Shown here: piece by piece, positions 43,180-52,542 of the stretch
How the letters are laid out: the number at the start of each line of letters is the position of its first letter
Position numbering within the stretch: position 1 is the stretch's first letter
DNA from: Chthoniobacterales bacterium
Lineage (GTDB): Bacteria > Verrucomicrobiota > Verrucomicrobiia > Chthoniobacterales > UBA6821
Assembly: GCA_019747735.1 (NCBI GenBank)
Contig: JAIEQL010000032.1
Location: 6,159-70,158, forward strand
Direction: 5' to 3'
Length of the DNA: 64,000 nucleotides
The notes under the pieces: generated by a model
What the model was told of the DNA's origin: nothing
The model's input: the letters and a program-made list of their open reading frames with translations, nothing else
Database searches by the model: none
Position numbers and translations under genes: made by a program

Positions 43180-44328
43180 TTGAACTCTCCATCTTCTCCT
43201 TCAGTTTTTGGCCCTCAAGCATCAGCCTCCAATACCCCCAGCCTTTCTTTTTCCTTTTCTAACTTTTTACAAGAAGCCCTCTATCACCCAGAGCGGGGGT
43301 TTTATGCTTCTGCGCGTGCTCAGATTGGAAAACAAGGAGATTTTTTTACCAATGTGAGTGTCGGTCCTATTTATGGAACGATTCTTGCTCTTGTGTTTGA
43401 AGAAATCTGGCAGCGTCTTGGATCTTCTGATCCTTTTTTTATCATCGAGCAAGGAGCCAACGATGGAAGGCTTGCTCACGACATTTTGGAAGCACTTCAA
43501 AAAAAAGGAAACGCTCAGCTCAGCAAGAGTCTTCACTACATTATCGTTGAACCCTTCCCACTCCTGCAGCAACAACAGCAAGCGACCTTAAAAAAATGGA
43601 AAAATGTTTCTTGGGTTGCTGATAATAAAGAACTCCCCTTGTTTGAAGGAATTTATTTTTCTAATGAACTGGTCGATGCTTTTCCCTTTGATCTTTTGCG
43701 TTGGGATGGAAGCTGCTGGCTGGAGCAGCGCGTGCTGTGCAACGAAGATGGCTCCTTCATTTGGACCACAGAACCCATTCACGATCCAGCGTTAGAGCAC
43801 GTTGCAAAAAAACTTCCCAAGACACTTCCCCTCGACTTTCTCTGGGAGGTCCGTCTGGGTGTACGCCCATGGCTGAAGGCAATTGCAGAGCGGATGCAAC
43901 GAGGAGTACTCTTAGTTGCTGATTATGGATATGCCGGTGCAGATCGTTTTGCCGCTTACCGAACGCAAGGGAGCATTGCCTGTTATGAGCAACATCGCCG
44001 TTACGACAACCCACTCGAAAAAGTTGGCGAGCGCGACATCACCGCTCACGTCGATTTTACCGACCTTACAGAGGCAGGCTTGGAAGCGGGATGGGAGTTT
44101 TTAGGATTTACCGATCAACACCACTTTCTTGTCGGAGCCGCAGAAGAATGGCTTCGAAGCCTCGAAGGAAAAGCCAAGGATCCTAATATTCAAAAAATGT
44201 TACGAGGCTTACACACCTTGATGCATCCAGAAACCATGGGACGTTCTTTTCAGTTTTTAGGCTTAGGGAAAAAGATGAAGACCACACCACCACTAAATGC
44301 TTTTCGTTATGGACTTAGTACTTTTTGA
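43180..44328 (+). CDS. SAM-dependent methyltransferase, MidA/NDUFAF7 family
   Basis: ALYHP..GFY, GDFFT, IEQGANDG, SNELVDAFP, DYGY, DITAHVDF. Confidence 0.92.
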   Translation: MNSPSSPSVFGPQASASNTPSLSFSFSNFLQEALYHPERGFYASARAQIGKQGDFFTNVSVGPIYGTILALVFEEIWQRLGSSDPFFIIEQGANDGRLAHDILEALQKKGNAQLSKSLHYIIVEPFPLLQQQQQATLKKWKNVSWVADNKELPLFEGIYFSNELVDAFPFDLLRWDGSCWLEQRVLCNEDGSFIWTTEPIHDPALEHVAKKLPKTLPLDFLWEVRLGVRPWLKAIAERMQRGVLLVADYGYAGADRFAAYRTQGSIACYEQHRRYDNPLEKVGERDITAHVDFTDLTEAGLEAGWEFLGFTDQHHFLVGAAEEWLRSLEGKAKDPNIQKMLRGLHTLMHPETMGRSFQFLGLGKKMKTTPPLNAFRYGLSTF

Positions 44329-44986
44329 TCTAGACCACACCCTCCTCAATGGCGATACCCAAATGGAATGGGGATGTTATCTCGCTGATCACGACCTGCT
44401 CGACTTACAGGTCTACAAAGCCAAGATGGCTTATTTTGATGAAAAGTATGATCAAGGAAACTTAGACATTGCAGAACTACTAGAATTTCAGTTCAAAATA
44501 TTAGCTTCTTATTCTTTTGAAAAACTTGATGCTTTACGTCATGACTTTGTCAAAAAGAGAATTCGCCCTTTAATTACAGAAGCCGGTTGGAAGGCCCTTC
44601 ACAAGCACCGTGAAAAAGGAGACGAGATCATTCTCATCACAGCTACCAATGAATTTCTCACAAAACCGATTGCAGAACTCTTAGCAATTAAACATCTCAT
44701 CGCTTCTCAAGAAGAGCGGGATGCTCATGGTCGTTACACGGGAGGCACTACTGGCACTCCTTCTTATCGTGAAGGAAAAATAACCCGCCTGCGAGAATGG
44801 CTAGCAAAACAAGGTCATTGCTGGGAGGATTTTCAATCTATTTGGTTTTATAGCGATTCTCATAATGACCTTCCGCTACTCTCCTTGGTAGACCATCCAA
44901 TGATTGTTAATCCAGATAAAAAACTGCTTCTTCATGCCCAAGAGCAAGGTTGGCAGATTGTTGATTTTGGCGTGAAAAGAATTTGA
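44309..44986 (+). CDS. HAD-IB family hydrolase (histidinol-phosphatase/SerB-like)
   Basis: FDLDHTL, ITATN, EGK, YSDSHNDLPLL, VNPD. Confidence 0.9.
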   Translation: MDLVLFDLDHTLLNGDTQMEWGCYLADHDLLDLQVYKAKMAYFDEKYDQGNLDIAELLEFQFKILASYSFEKLDALRHDFVKKRIRPLITEAGWKALHKHREKGDEIILITATNEFLTKPIAELLAIKHLIASQEERDAHGRYTGGTTGTPSYREGKITRLREWLAKQGHCWEDFQSIWFYSDSHNDLPLLSLVDHPMIVNPDKKLLLHAQEQGWQIVDFGVKRI

Positions 44987-45014
44987 ACTTACTTTTTAAA
45001 ATTTTAATTTTTTG

Positions 45015-46811
45015 ATGATTCGGGTTGCTGATTATATTGCTCAAGAATTAAGTCTTCGTGGTATTAGGGATGTATTCATGGTCACAGGTGGGGCAGCGAT
45101 GCATCTCAATGATGCTTTTGGGCGCTCCAAGGAACTAAAAATAACTTGTTGTCATCATGAGCAAGCATGTGCCATTGCTGCTGAAAGCTACTTTCGTCTT
45201 ACCAATCGTCTTGCGGCGGTTAACGTCACCGCAGGTCCTGGAGGGATTAATGCACTCAATGGTGTTTTTGGAGCCTATGTTGACTCGATGGGAATGATCA
45301 TTCTTTCAGGTCAATCCAAATGGGAAACACTCGTGCGCTCGACCTCTCTTCCACTGCGTCAACTAGGAGATCAAGAAGTTGATATTGTAGATATGGTGAA
45401 AAAGATCACCAAATATGCCGTTGTCATCCAAGACCCTGAAAGCATTCGCTATCATCTTGAGCGAGCTCTCTACCTCGCTATCCACGGTCGTCCTGGTCCT
45501 GTTTGGTTGGATATCCCGATCAATGTACAAGGAGCCATGATTGATCCTGAGAAGCTTGAACCGTACAATTGCAAAGAAGATGAAATTATTTTTGAAACAA
45601 AACATTTAAAGCAAGAGTTAGAAAAAATCATCACTCTACTTGCAGCTGCAAAGAGACCTGTGATCTACGCTGGCACAGGGATTCGTCTTGCGGATCAATA
45701 CGAAACCTTTTTTCAACTTGTTCATCGTTTAAGAATTCCTGTTGTCACAGCTTGGAACTCTAACGATCTGTTGCCTGACGATGATCCTGTTTATGCAGGA
45801 CGTCCAGGAACCGTAGGTAATAGAACAGGTAACTTCGTCGTGCAGAATGCCGATTTTGTTCTCGTCTTAGGATCTCGCCTTAATATTCGACTTATTTCCT
45901 ACAATTGGAAAAATTTTGCACCTCATGCCACACTCGCCATGGTTGATATTGATGCTGCCGAGCTCAAAAAACCTACGTTGAAGATCGATATTCCTATCCA
46001 TGCTAATCTGCGAGAAGCGCTCCCACTTTTACTCCAAACCTCTGAACACTGGCAGCCTCATCATCCAGAGTGGATGACCTGGTGCAAAAAAAACTTGGAA
46101 CGTTATCCCATCGTCACTCCGGCCATGAAAAAACAGGAGAATGGAATTAATCCTTACTTTTTAATGGAGCAACTTTTTTTACAGTTAGAAGAAAAGGAGA
46201 TTATTGTCTGTGCCGATGGGACTGCTTCTGTCGTTTCTATGCAGGCTGCCACGATAAAATCAAAACAACGTCTTTTTCATAACTCTGGCTGCGCCTCGAT
46301 GGGCTACGATCTTCCTGCTGTTATTGGAGCAGCTGTAGCACTCTCTGATCACAAGCGTTTTATTTGTATTGCTGGGGATGGAAGTATCATGATGAACCTT
46401 CAAGAGCTGCAGACAATTGTTCATCATCATTTCCCTGTAAAAATTTTTATTTTAAACAATCACGGATATCACTCTATTCGACAAACACAGCACAACTTTT
46501 TTGCAGATAATATCGTTGGCTGCGACACGGAATCAGGATTAAGTTTTCCTGATTTTCAAAAAGTAGCTGCAGCTTTTGATCTTTATTTTGAGCGAATTTC
46601 CACACACGCTGAGATGGAACCTACTATTAAAAAAATACTTACTCACCCTGGCGCTACAATTTGCGAGGTAATGTTAAATCTTCAACAATCTTTTGAACCC
46701 AAACTGGCTTCTAGAAAATTGGACAATGGTATCATGGTCACCGCAAACCTTGAAGATATGGCTCCTTTTTTATCGCGAGAAGAATTAGCAGAAAACAATC
46801 TTGTTTCCTAA
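45015..46811 (+). CDS. thiamine-diphosphate-dependent enzyme, acetolactate synthase-like
   Basis: VTGG.AMHLND, HHEQA, GRPGPVWLDIP, SMGYDLP, GDGS...NN ThDP motif. No ilvH or ilvC is adjacent. Confidence 0.92.
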   Translation: MIRVADYIAQELSLRGIRDVFMVTGGAAMHLNDAFGRSKELKITCCHHEQACAIAAESYFRLTNRLAAVNVTAGPGGINALNGVFGAYVDSMGMIILSGQSKWETLVRSTSLPLRQLGDQEVDIVDMVKKITKYAVVIQDPESIRYHLERALYLAIHGRPGPVWLDIPINVQGAMIDPEKLEPYNCKEDEIIFETKHLKQELEKIITLLAAAKRPVIYAGTGIRLADQYETFFQLVHRLRIPVVTAWNSNDLLPDDDPVYAGRPGTVGNRTGNFVVQNADFVLVLGSRLNIRLISYNWKNFAPHATLAMVDIDAAELKKPTLKIDIPIHANLREALPLLLQTSEHWQPHHPEWMTWCKKNLERYPIVTPAMKKQENGINPYFLMEQLFLQLEEKEIIVCADGTASVVSMQAATIKSKQRLFHNSGCASMGYDLPAVIGAAVALSDHKRFICIAGDGSIMMNLQELQTIVHHHFPVKIFILNNHGYHSIRQTQHNFFADNIVGCDTESGLSFPDFQKVAAAFDLYFERISTHAEMEPTIKKILTHPGATICEVMLNLQQSFEPKLASRKLDNGIMVTANLEDMAPFLSREELAENNLVS

Positions 46812-46837
46812 AAATTTTATCAACTTAGAAAATAATA

Positions 46838-47923
46838 ATGACCATTAATCGAGATTTTTTTGAAGAACTTTTCGTCCTTGAAATGGCCAATAATCACTGG
46901 GGAAACTTGGATCGAGCTTTAAAAATTGTTGCTGATTTTTCTAAAGTTGTTCGTTTTAACAATGTGCGTGCAACCATCAAGTTTCAACTCAGAGATGTAG
47001 ATAATTTTATCCATCGTGATTTTCGCAATCGAAAGGATATTCGTTATATTCAAAAAACACTCGATACAAAAATGTCACGAGAACATTTTGAAATCATCGT
47101 TGACGCCATTGAGCAGAGTGGCTGTATTCCAAGTGCCACTCCCTTCGACGAAGCATCTGTCGACTTTTGTGAAAAATTAGAGTTACCCTTAATTAAAATT
47201 GCTAGTTCTGATATCAATGATTGGTTCTTAATTGAGCATATTGCCAAGACTCGCAAGCCTGTCATTGCTTCCTCAGGAGGTTCTTCACTCAAAGATACTG
47301 ATGATCTTGTAACTTTTTTTGCCAATCGTAAAATTCCCTTAGCCCTGAATCACTGCGTCTCTCTTTATCCAACTGAAGATGACGATCTCCAAATAAATCA
47401 AATCGATTTTTTAAAAAAGCGATACCCTAATAACACGATCGGCTTTTCTACACACGAATATCATGACTGGGAAACCAGTATAGCGATTGCTTATGCTAAG
47501 GGAGCTCGCACTTTTGAGCGCCATATTGATATTGAAACAGAAAGTCTTCCTTTTTCTCCTTATTGCAGTTTACCCTATCAAATTGATCTTTGGTTTAAAG
47601 CTTTTCGACGGGCTAAAGCTATGTGCGGTTATCCAGGAACAGTGAAACGCACACCACTTTCAGAAGAATCAAAATATTTGGACACGCTTGTTCGGGGTGT
47701 TTACGCTAAAAAGGATCTTAAAAGAGGAGATGAGCTTAATGAGAAAGATCTCTATCTTGCTATCCCATTGCAGAAAGGCCAGATTTCTTGCCGGGAAATT
47801 ATGAACGGTCATACGCTCTTAGTAGATCTAAAACAAGATACTCCTTTGATGATTGACCAAATTGATACTCCTTATGCCTATGCCCCTGAGCTGAAAAAGA
47901 GCATTTATCATCGAGGCATCTAG
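46838..47923 (+). CDS. N-acetylneuraminate synthase (NeuB/SpsE) family protein
   Basis: EMANNHWG, IKFQ, TPFD, KIAS, HCVSLYP, GFSTHE, FERH, C-terminal SAF-like domain. Confidence 0.9.
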   Translation: MTINRDFFEELFVLEMANNHWGNLDRALKIVADFSKVVRFNNVRATIKFQLRDVDNFIHRDFRNRKDIRYIQKTLDTKMSREHFEIIVDAIEQSGCIPSATPFDEASVDFCEKLELPLIKIASSDINDWFLIEHIAKTRKPVIASSGGSSLKDTDDLVTFFANRKIPLALNHCVSLYPTEDDDLQINQIDFLKKRYPNNTIGFSTHEYHDWETSIAIAYAKGARTFERHIDIETESLPFSPYCSLPYQIDLWFKAFRRAKAMCGYPGTVKRTPLSEESKYLDTLVRGVYAKKDLKRGDELNEKDLYLAIPLQKGQISCREIMNGHTLLVDLKQDTPLMIDQIDTPYAYAPELKKSIYHRGI

Positions 47924-47950
47924 CCCGAGTTTTGCTATCTGACAAAGGTA

Positions 47951-48117
47951 TATATAGTCAAATTACTTAGAAATTACACAAAATTGACTTGATCTTTCCA
48001 GGAAAAGACTGCGTTCTCATTACTCCCGTTATAAGATATAGCGCTCGCTCTTCGGCCTTGCCTTTTCTAAAAATCTCTGCGTTCTTTCATGTAATTTCTA
48101 AGTAATTTGACTATATA
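47951..48117. mobile_element. MITE family D (about 165 bp, perfect 28-bp TIR, TA-flanked)
   Basis: tatatagtcaaattacttagaaattaca / tgtaatttctaagtaatttgactatata; the core is related to family C. Confidence 0.9.
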
Positions 48118-49055
48118 TGAAAAAAAAGCTCATAACTATTATTACACCTTGTTTTAATGAAGAGGGAAATGTTGAAGAGCTTTATCGTCGCATTAAAGAG
48201 GTCATGGTTAAACTGCCACAATACGACTATGAACATCTATACATAGATAATGCCTCTACTGATCACACTGAAACTATCTTAAGAAAAATTGCAGCAGAAG
48301 ATAGTAATGTAAAATTGATTTTTAATAATCGCAATTTTGGCCATATCCGTTCCCCATCTCATGCTCTATTATCATCCAAGGCAGAGGCAACTATCATTTT
48401 GGCTTCCGATCTTCAAGATCCTCCCGAGCTCATTTTAGAGTTTATAACGCACTGGGAAAATGGCTTTAAAGTAGTATTAGGTCAAAAAAATAAAAGTGAG
48501 GAATTCCCACTCTTTTATTTTATTCGTACGCTTTATTACAAATTAGTTACTGCTTTAGCAGAGATAGCCCTAATGCAGCACGTAACAGGATTTGGTCTTT
48601 ATGATAAAGATGTTATCGACCAATTGCGTTCTTTAAATGATAAATACCCCTATTTTCGAGGACTTATTTCTGAATTGGGATATCGTGTTGCTTTAGTTCC
48701 CTATTGTCAACCTTCTCGAAAAAAAGGTATTACAAAAAATAATTTTTATTCTCTTTTTGACTATGCAATGCTGGGTATTACAAGTCACTCAAAAGTACCC
48801 CTTCGACTAGCAACGATGTTTGGTTTTTTGATGTCGTTCTTATGTATCCTCGTTGCAGTAGGATATTTTATTGATAAACTCCTTTATTGGCAGTCACTTC
48901 CAGTAGGAATTGCCCCTATTGTAATAGGTCTATTTTTACTTGCATCGATACAGCTTTTTTTTATCGGTGTCTTAGGTGAATATATTGGTGCTATTTACAC
49001 TCAGACCCTCAATAGACCTCTTGTTGTTGAGAGAGAGCGAGTTAATTTTAAGTAA
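48117..49055 (+). CDS. GT2 polyprenol-phosphate glycosyltransferase (GtrB/ArnC-like)
   Basis: PCFNEEGN, IDNASTD, RNFG, SDLQDPP, two C-terminal TMs, GEYIG.IY. Confidence 0.93.
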   Translation: MKKKLITIITPCFNEEGNVEELYRRIKEVMVKLPQYDYEHLYIDNASTDHTETILRKIAAEDSNVKLIFNNRNFGHIRSPSHALLSSKAEATIILASDLQDPPELILEFITHWENGFKVVLGQKNKSEEFPLFYFIRTLYYKLVTALAEIALMQHVTGFGLYDKDVIDQLRSLNDKYPYFRGLISELGYRVALVPYCQPSRKKGITKNNFYSLFDYAMLGITSHSKVPLRLATMFGFLMSFLCILVAVGYFIDKLLYWQSLPVGIAPIVIGLFLLASIQLFFIGVLGEYIGAIYTQTLNRPLVVERERVNFK

Positions 49056-49063
49056 ATTTTCTA

Positions 49064-51487
49064 ATGGAACAACAAGCTAAAAATACTGCCAACCGCGAAA
49101 CGCAACCAACTAACTATAAATGTGTTGGCAGTTGCAAGTCGGCTCTATTTTTTTTAATCATAACATTATTATTTATTGCTCTTATTGGAATTGCATGGCT
49201 CTTACAACTCCCCTCTAAAGAAGAGGCTTTTGGAGGAAGCGCAAAGCTTTGGGATTGGATGCAAGCATCTGCTATTGGATGGAGCCCCAATTACATGTTA
49301 GGTCACAGCTTGGCAATGTATCACATGGCAGCAGCAGATCTCTTTTTCCACTTTATAGCTCCTTTTAGATTTTTTCTTAGTCCATTAGTAGCCAGCAAAC
49401 TTGTTGCGCTGAGCTACCTCCTTGCTAGTGCCTTCACTATGTTTTTATTCATGCGGCAATTGACTAAAAAACAACAAGAAGGAGAACTTTCATCAGCTTT
49501 AGCGGTCCTAGCCTACGTGACAATGCCATCTATTCTTGTTGCGATGGGTATTTATGAACATCTTAGCGTTACTCTCTGTTTTGTTTTTGTGCCACTTATT
49601 TTACGAGGCATTTTAACAGTGGCAGAAGAAAAATCTCCGAAAGAAATTGCAACTCTTGGACTAGCTGCAGCAGCCGTTTCGCTAAGTTATACAAAAATAG
49701 CGGTCGTCATGTCTCCTATTCTTTTGTTATGGACACTAGAGGTCTTGCGTTTACACCCCACAAATCGGGTGAAAATACTCCTTCGTTATCTGATCAGTGC
49801 AGCTATTGCGGCACTGACCTCTATTTTTATTTTGCTTCCTACGTTGCGTGAATTTGGTTTTGCAGCGGGATTTATTCTTGATCCTTTGGAAGGATGGCAA
49901 CATCACTATGCTTTTAAATCGGCTGTGCAATGGGTTGATCTCTGGGGCATTTTCATGCAGGGAGCAGGCCCTAATGTCGAAAACGATGCGGCCATGTTTG
50001 CCATTGGATTGATACCACTTCTTGCTATTTCTCTGGGACTAGGAAAAGGCTCTCTGAAACAGTGGCGTCGTACTCCTATCGGACGCTGGTTTCTTATTCT
50101 AGTTGCGTGCTGGCTTATTTCTATTGGCTTTGCAGCCGGCCTGGATGGTATTTTTTTAAACCATTGGAATCTCCTTAAAACATCTCAAGCGATGTCTAAC
50201 TGGAGTATTCCTTTACTCTGGTTAGCTCTTTTTTGGCTCATTTGGATCGCTTATCAAACAGCACATCACCTTATCGGAGGCTCTTGGTGGAAGGCCTTGG
50301 TGATTACTTTTGTTTTTCTTTTTTTACCACTCTTTCAACTTGTGAAAGCTTTACCTCTTTTCAAAGATATCCGAGCCCCTGAATCTTTTTGGAGCGTTGG
50401 CGGATTCTGTGTCTTAGCGGCAGCAGTCGGCATAGTAACTGTTCCTATTTTTACGCAATGCGTTCCAAAACGTTTTGTAAAAATAACCGCTCTCCTTGTT
50501 GGATTGCTCTTTTTTACAGAGCTTTACCCTATTCATTCTGCCTACTGGACACGAGGATTGCCTTCGGAGTTTTTTGCTCAATACGATCAAGTTCTCACTT
50601 TTTTAAAAACAGCACCATTTTCTGGCCGTGTTCATCCTCTCTCCTCTCGTTATTTTTACTTAACTATCCCTCAAGAAACAGGACGTGCCCTTAGCACAGA
50701 AGCACTATTACGCCATTTTCAGCTCAAAGGCGTTAGGTATCTTGAAACAGCAGGCAATACAAGCAGTGATGCCATGAGAAGCTATCTCAACTTGACAGGC
50801 GTTGCTTATATTTTCATCGATAAAGAAGACCCCCTTCTTCCAAAGCAGGTCCAGGATTTTTATCGCCTTTATTACCCTGTAGTTTTTGAAAATCAGTTTT
50901 TTCTTGTTTTAGAAAATCAAAGCTCTCTCTATCCCGCTTTTCTAGCTCATAACTTTGTCGTACTACCTCCTAAAAGCTACACTATGGCAGCAGCCGCTTT
51001 TCAACTTGCTCCGATGAACTTATTGACAGTGGAAATGCCACAAGTTGATCAAAGTCTTTTAGGTTTTGCAGGCATGTCCAAAGGATCCACCCAAATAGAA
51101 CTTCTCCCAACATATCGAGAACATGGCGGGGCTCCTTTTCTCCGTGTACCACTAACAGCCCCACGCATGGAGAACTACAACCAAATGACTTATCGCCTGC
51201 CACCTAATATTTCAGGATGGTTAACCGTTACAGAGGCCTACCATCCCGATTGGAAGGCTACCATTGATGGAGAAAAAACTCCTGTGTATTGTGCCGAAAC
51301 AGCATTGCTCTCCGTTTATGTTCCTCTTGGTTCTTCGGAGATTATTTTTAAATTCGTTCCCCCATTTTGGTATTCCCTAGCATTTTATATAGGGATCTTA
51401 AGCTGGCTTCTTACGTTAGGAGGTTTTCTTTTTCTTTCCAGTAAATGGGCTCCTTTAAAATGGAGACAATGGTGGAATAGTCATTAA
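49064..51487 (+). CDS. polytopic membrane protein, YfhO/GT-C-like
   Basis: More than 10 TMs, W.P.YMLG loop, IRAP, C-terminal EAYHPDWKA.IDG domain plus a final TM; 8 bp after the GT2. Confidence 0.7.
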   Translation: MEQQAKNTANRETQPTNYKCVGSCKSALFFLIITLLFIALIGIAWLLQLPSKEEAFGGSAKLWDWMQASAIGWSPNYMLGHSLAMYHMAAADLFFHFIAPFRFFLSPLVASKLVALSYLLASAFTMFLFMRQLTKKQQEGELSSALAVLAYVTMPSILVAMGIYEHLSVTLCFVFVPLILRGILTVAEEKSPKEIATLGLAAAAVSLSYTKIAVVMSPILLLWTLEVLRLHPTNRVKILLRYLISAAIAALTSIFILLPTLREFGFAAGFILDPLEGWQHHYAFKSAVQWVDLWGIFMQGAGPNVENDAAMFAIGLIPLLAISLGLGKGSLKQWRRTPIGRWFLILVACWLISIGFAAGLDGIFLNHWNLLKTSQAMSNWSIPLLWLALFWLIWIAYQTAHHLIGGSWWKALVITFVFLFLPLFQLVKALPLFKDIRAPESFWSVGGFCVLAAAVGIVTVPIFTQCVPKRFVKITALLVGLLFFTELYPIHSAYWTRGLPSEFFAQYDQVLTFLKTAPFSGRVHPLSSRYFYLTIPQETGRALSTEALLRHFQLKGVRYLETAGNTSSDAMRSYLNLTGVAYIFIDKEDPLLPKQVQDFYRLYYPVVFENQFFLVLENQSSLYPAFLAHNFVVLPPKSYTMAAAAFQLAPMNLLTVEMPQVDQSLLGFAGMSKGSTQIELLPTYREHGGAPFLRVPLTAPRMENYNQMTYRLPPNISGWLTVTEAYHPDWKATIDGEKTPVYCAETALLSVYVPLGSSEIIFKFVPPFWYSLAFYIGILSWLLTLGGFLFLSSKWAPLKWRQWWNSH

Positions 51488-51496
51488 CCCGACTTC

Positions 51497-52393
51497 ATGA
51501 TCATCGCTGAGGCCATAGAAAAACTCTTGCTCTATTTGGCAACAGAACGCGGGCTTTCTACGAATTACCAACTTTCAACGCGCGCTTCGTTGGAGCGTTT
51601 TACCTCATGGATAAACGATTCCAAGGGCATTAATGAACCTTCTGCCATCACACCGCAGCATCTTCATGATTTTTTAATGGCGGAAAAAAAACGCGGACTA
51701 GCAACCACCTCTCTTAAATTAGAAGTTGTCGCGCTGCGCATTTTTTTTCGCTTTCTCTGTGCTCGCAATTTTCTCTCCATCGATCCTGCTGAAAAGTTGC
51801 CACTTCCACGCCTCCCTCATCTTTTGCCACAGCCTCTTTCTAAACAACAAATCGAACAACTTCTGGCCACACCTCAAGAAAAAACCTCCCTTGGCTTAAG
51901 AGACAAAGCAATCCTAGAGCTCCTCTATGCCTGCGGCCTTCGCATTTCTGAGCTGTGCCAAGCACGGTTGGAACAACTCAATTTAGAAGAGGGAATGATT
52001 CGTGTTACAGGAAAAGGAAACAAAACCCGCCTTGTTCCCATCGGTCGTGCAGCCTCGCAGGCTCTTGAACACTATCTTACAACAGCACGCCCTCAACTGA
52101 TTTCGCCAAAATCAGGAGCTGCCATTTTTCTTTCCGTGCGCGGCCACCCGCTCACCCCTGCACGCATTTGGCAGCTGGTCAACTCCTATGCTAAGCAAGC
52201 AGGGCTTCCAGCAATGGTCCACCCTCATCAACTCCGACACTCTTTTGCCACACACCTTCTTTCAGGAGGAGCAGACCTGCGCATCATCCAAGAACTCCTC
52301 GGACATGCGAGCATTGCCACGACTCAAATTTACACACAGGTCGATTGTGAACAGCTCAAAGCTATTCATCAGCAATTTCATCCGAGAGGATAA
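51497..52393 (+). CDS. xerD: site-specific tyrosine recombinase XerD/XerC
   Basis: RDKAILELLYACGLRISEL, GKGNKTR, HQLRHSFATHLL.GGADLR, LGH...TTQIYT, HPR. Confidence 0.85.
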   Translation: MIIAEAIEKLLLYLATERGLSTNYQLSTRASLERFTSWINDSKGINEPSAITPQHLHDFLMAEKKRGLATTSLKLEVVALRIFFRFLCARNFLSIDPAEKLPLPRLPHLLPQPLSKQQIEQLLATPQEKTSLGLRDKAILELLYACGLRISELCQARLEQLNLEEGMIRVTGKGNKTRLVPIGRAASQALEHYLTTARPQLISPKSGAAIFLSVRGHPLTPARIWQLVNSYAKQAGLPAMVHPHQLRHSFATHLLSGGADLRIIQELLGHASIATTQIYTQVDCEQLKAIHQQFHPRG

Positions 52394-52440
52394 ACCTTTC
52401 TCAAATGAATTTTAGAAATTTTTACTGGTTCTTTTTTGTG

Positions 52441-52468
52441 CTGGGTTTCTGCCTACCCAGGAATGACG
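52441..52468 (-). repeat. degenerate dRS3-like repeat
   Basis: Reverse complement reads cgtcattcctgggtaggcagaaacccag. Confidence 0.55.
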
Positions 52469-52542
52469 TGTTCTCATCGGTGCTGTTTCGGTATAAAATA
52501 AATTTATTGATCAAGAGGCCGCTTCTAGCTCATTGTTAATGG

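Noticed and set aside
51497-52393. Tyrosine recombinase as a prophage or island integrase
   Set aside because: Size and motifs match chromosomal XerC/D, and no att repeats, tRNA or phage genes are nearby.
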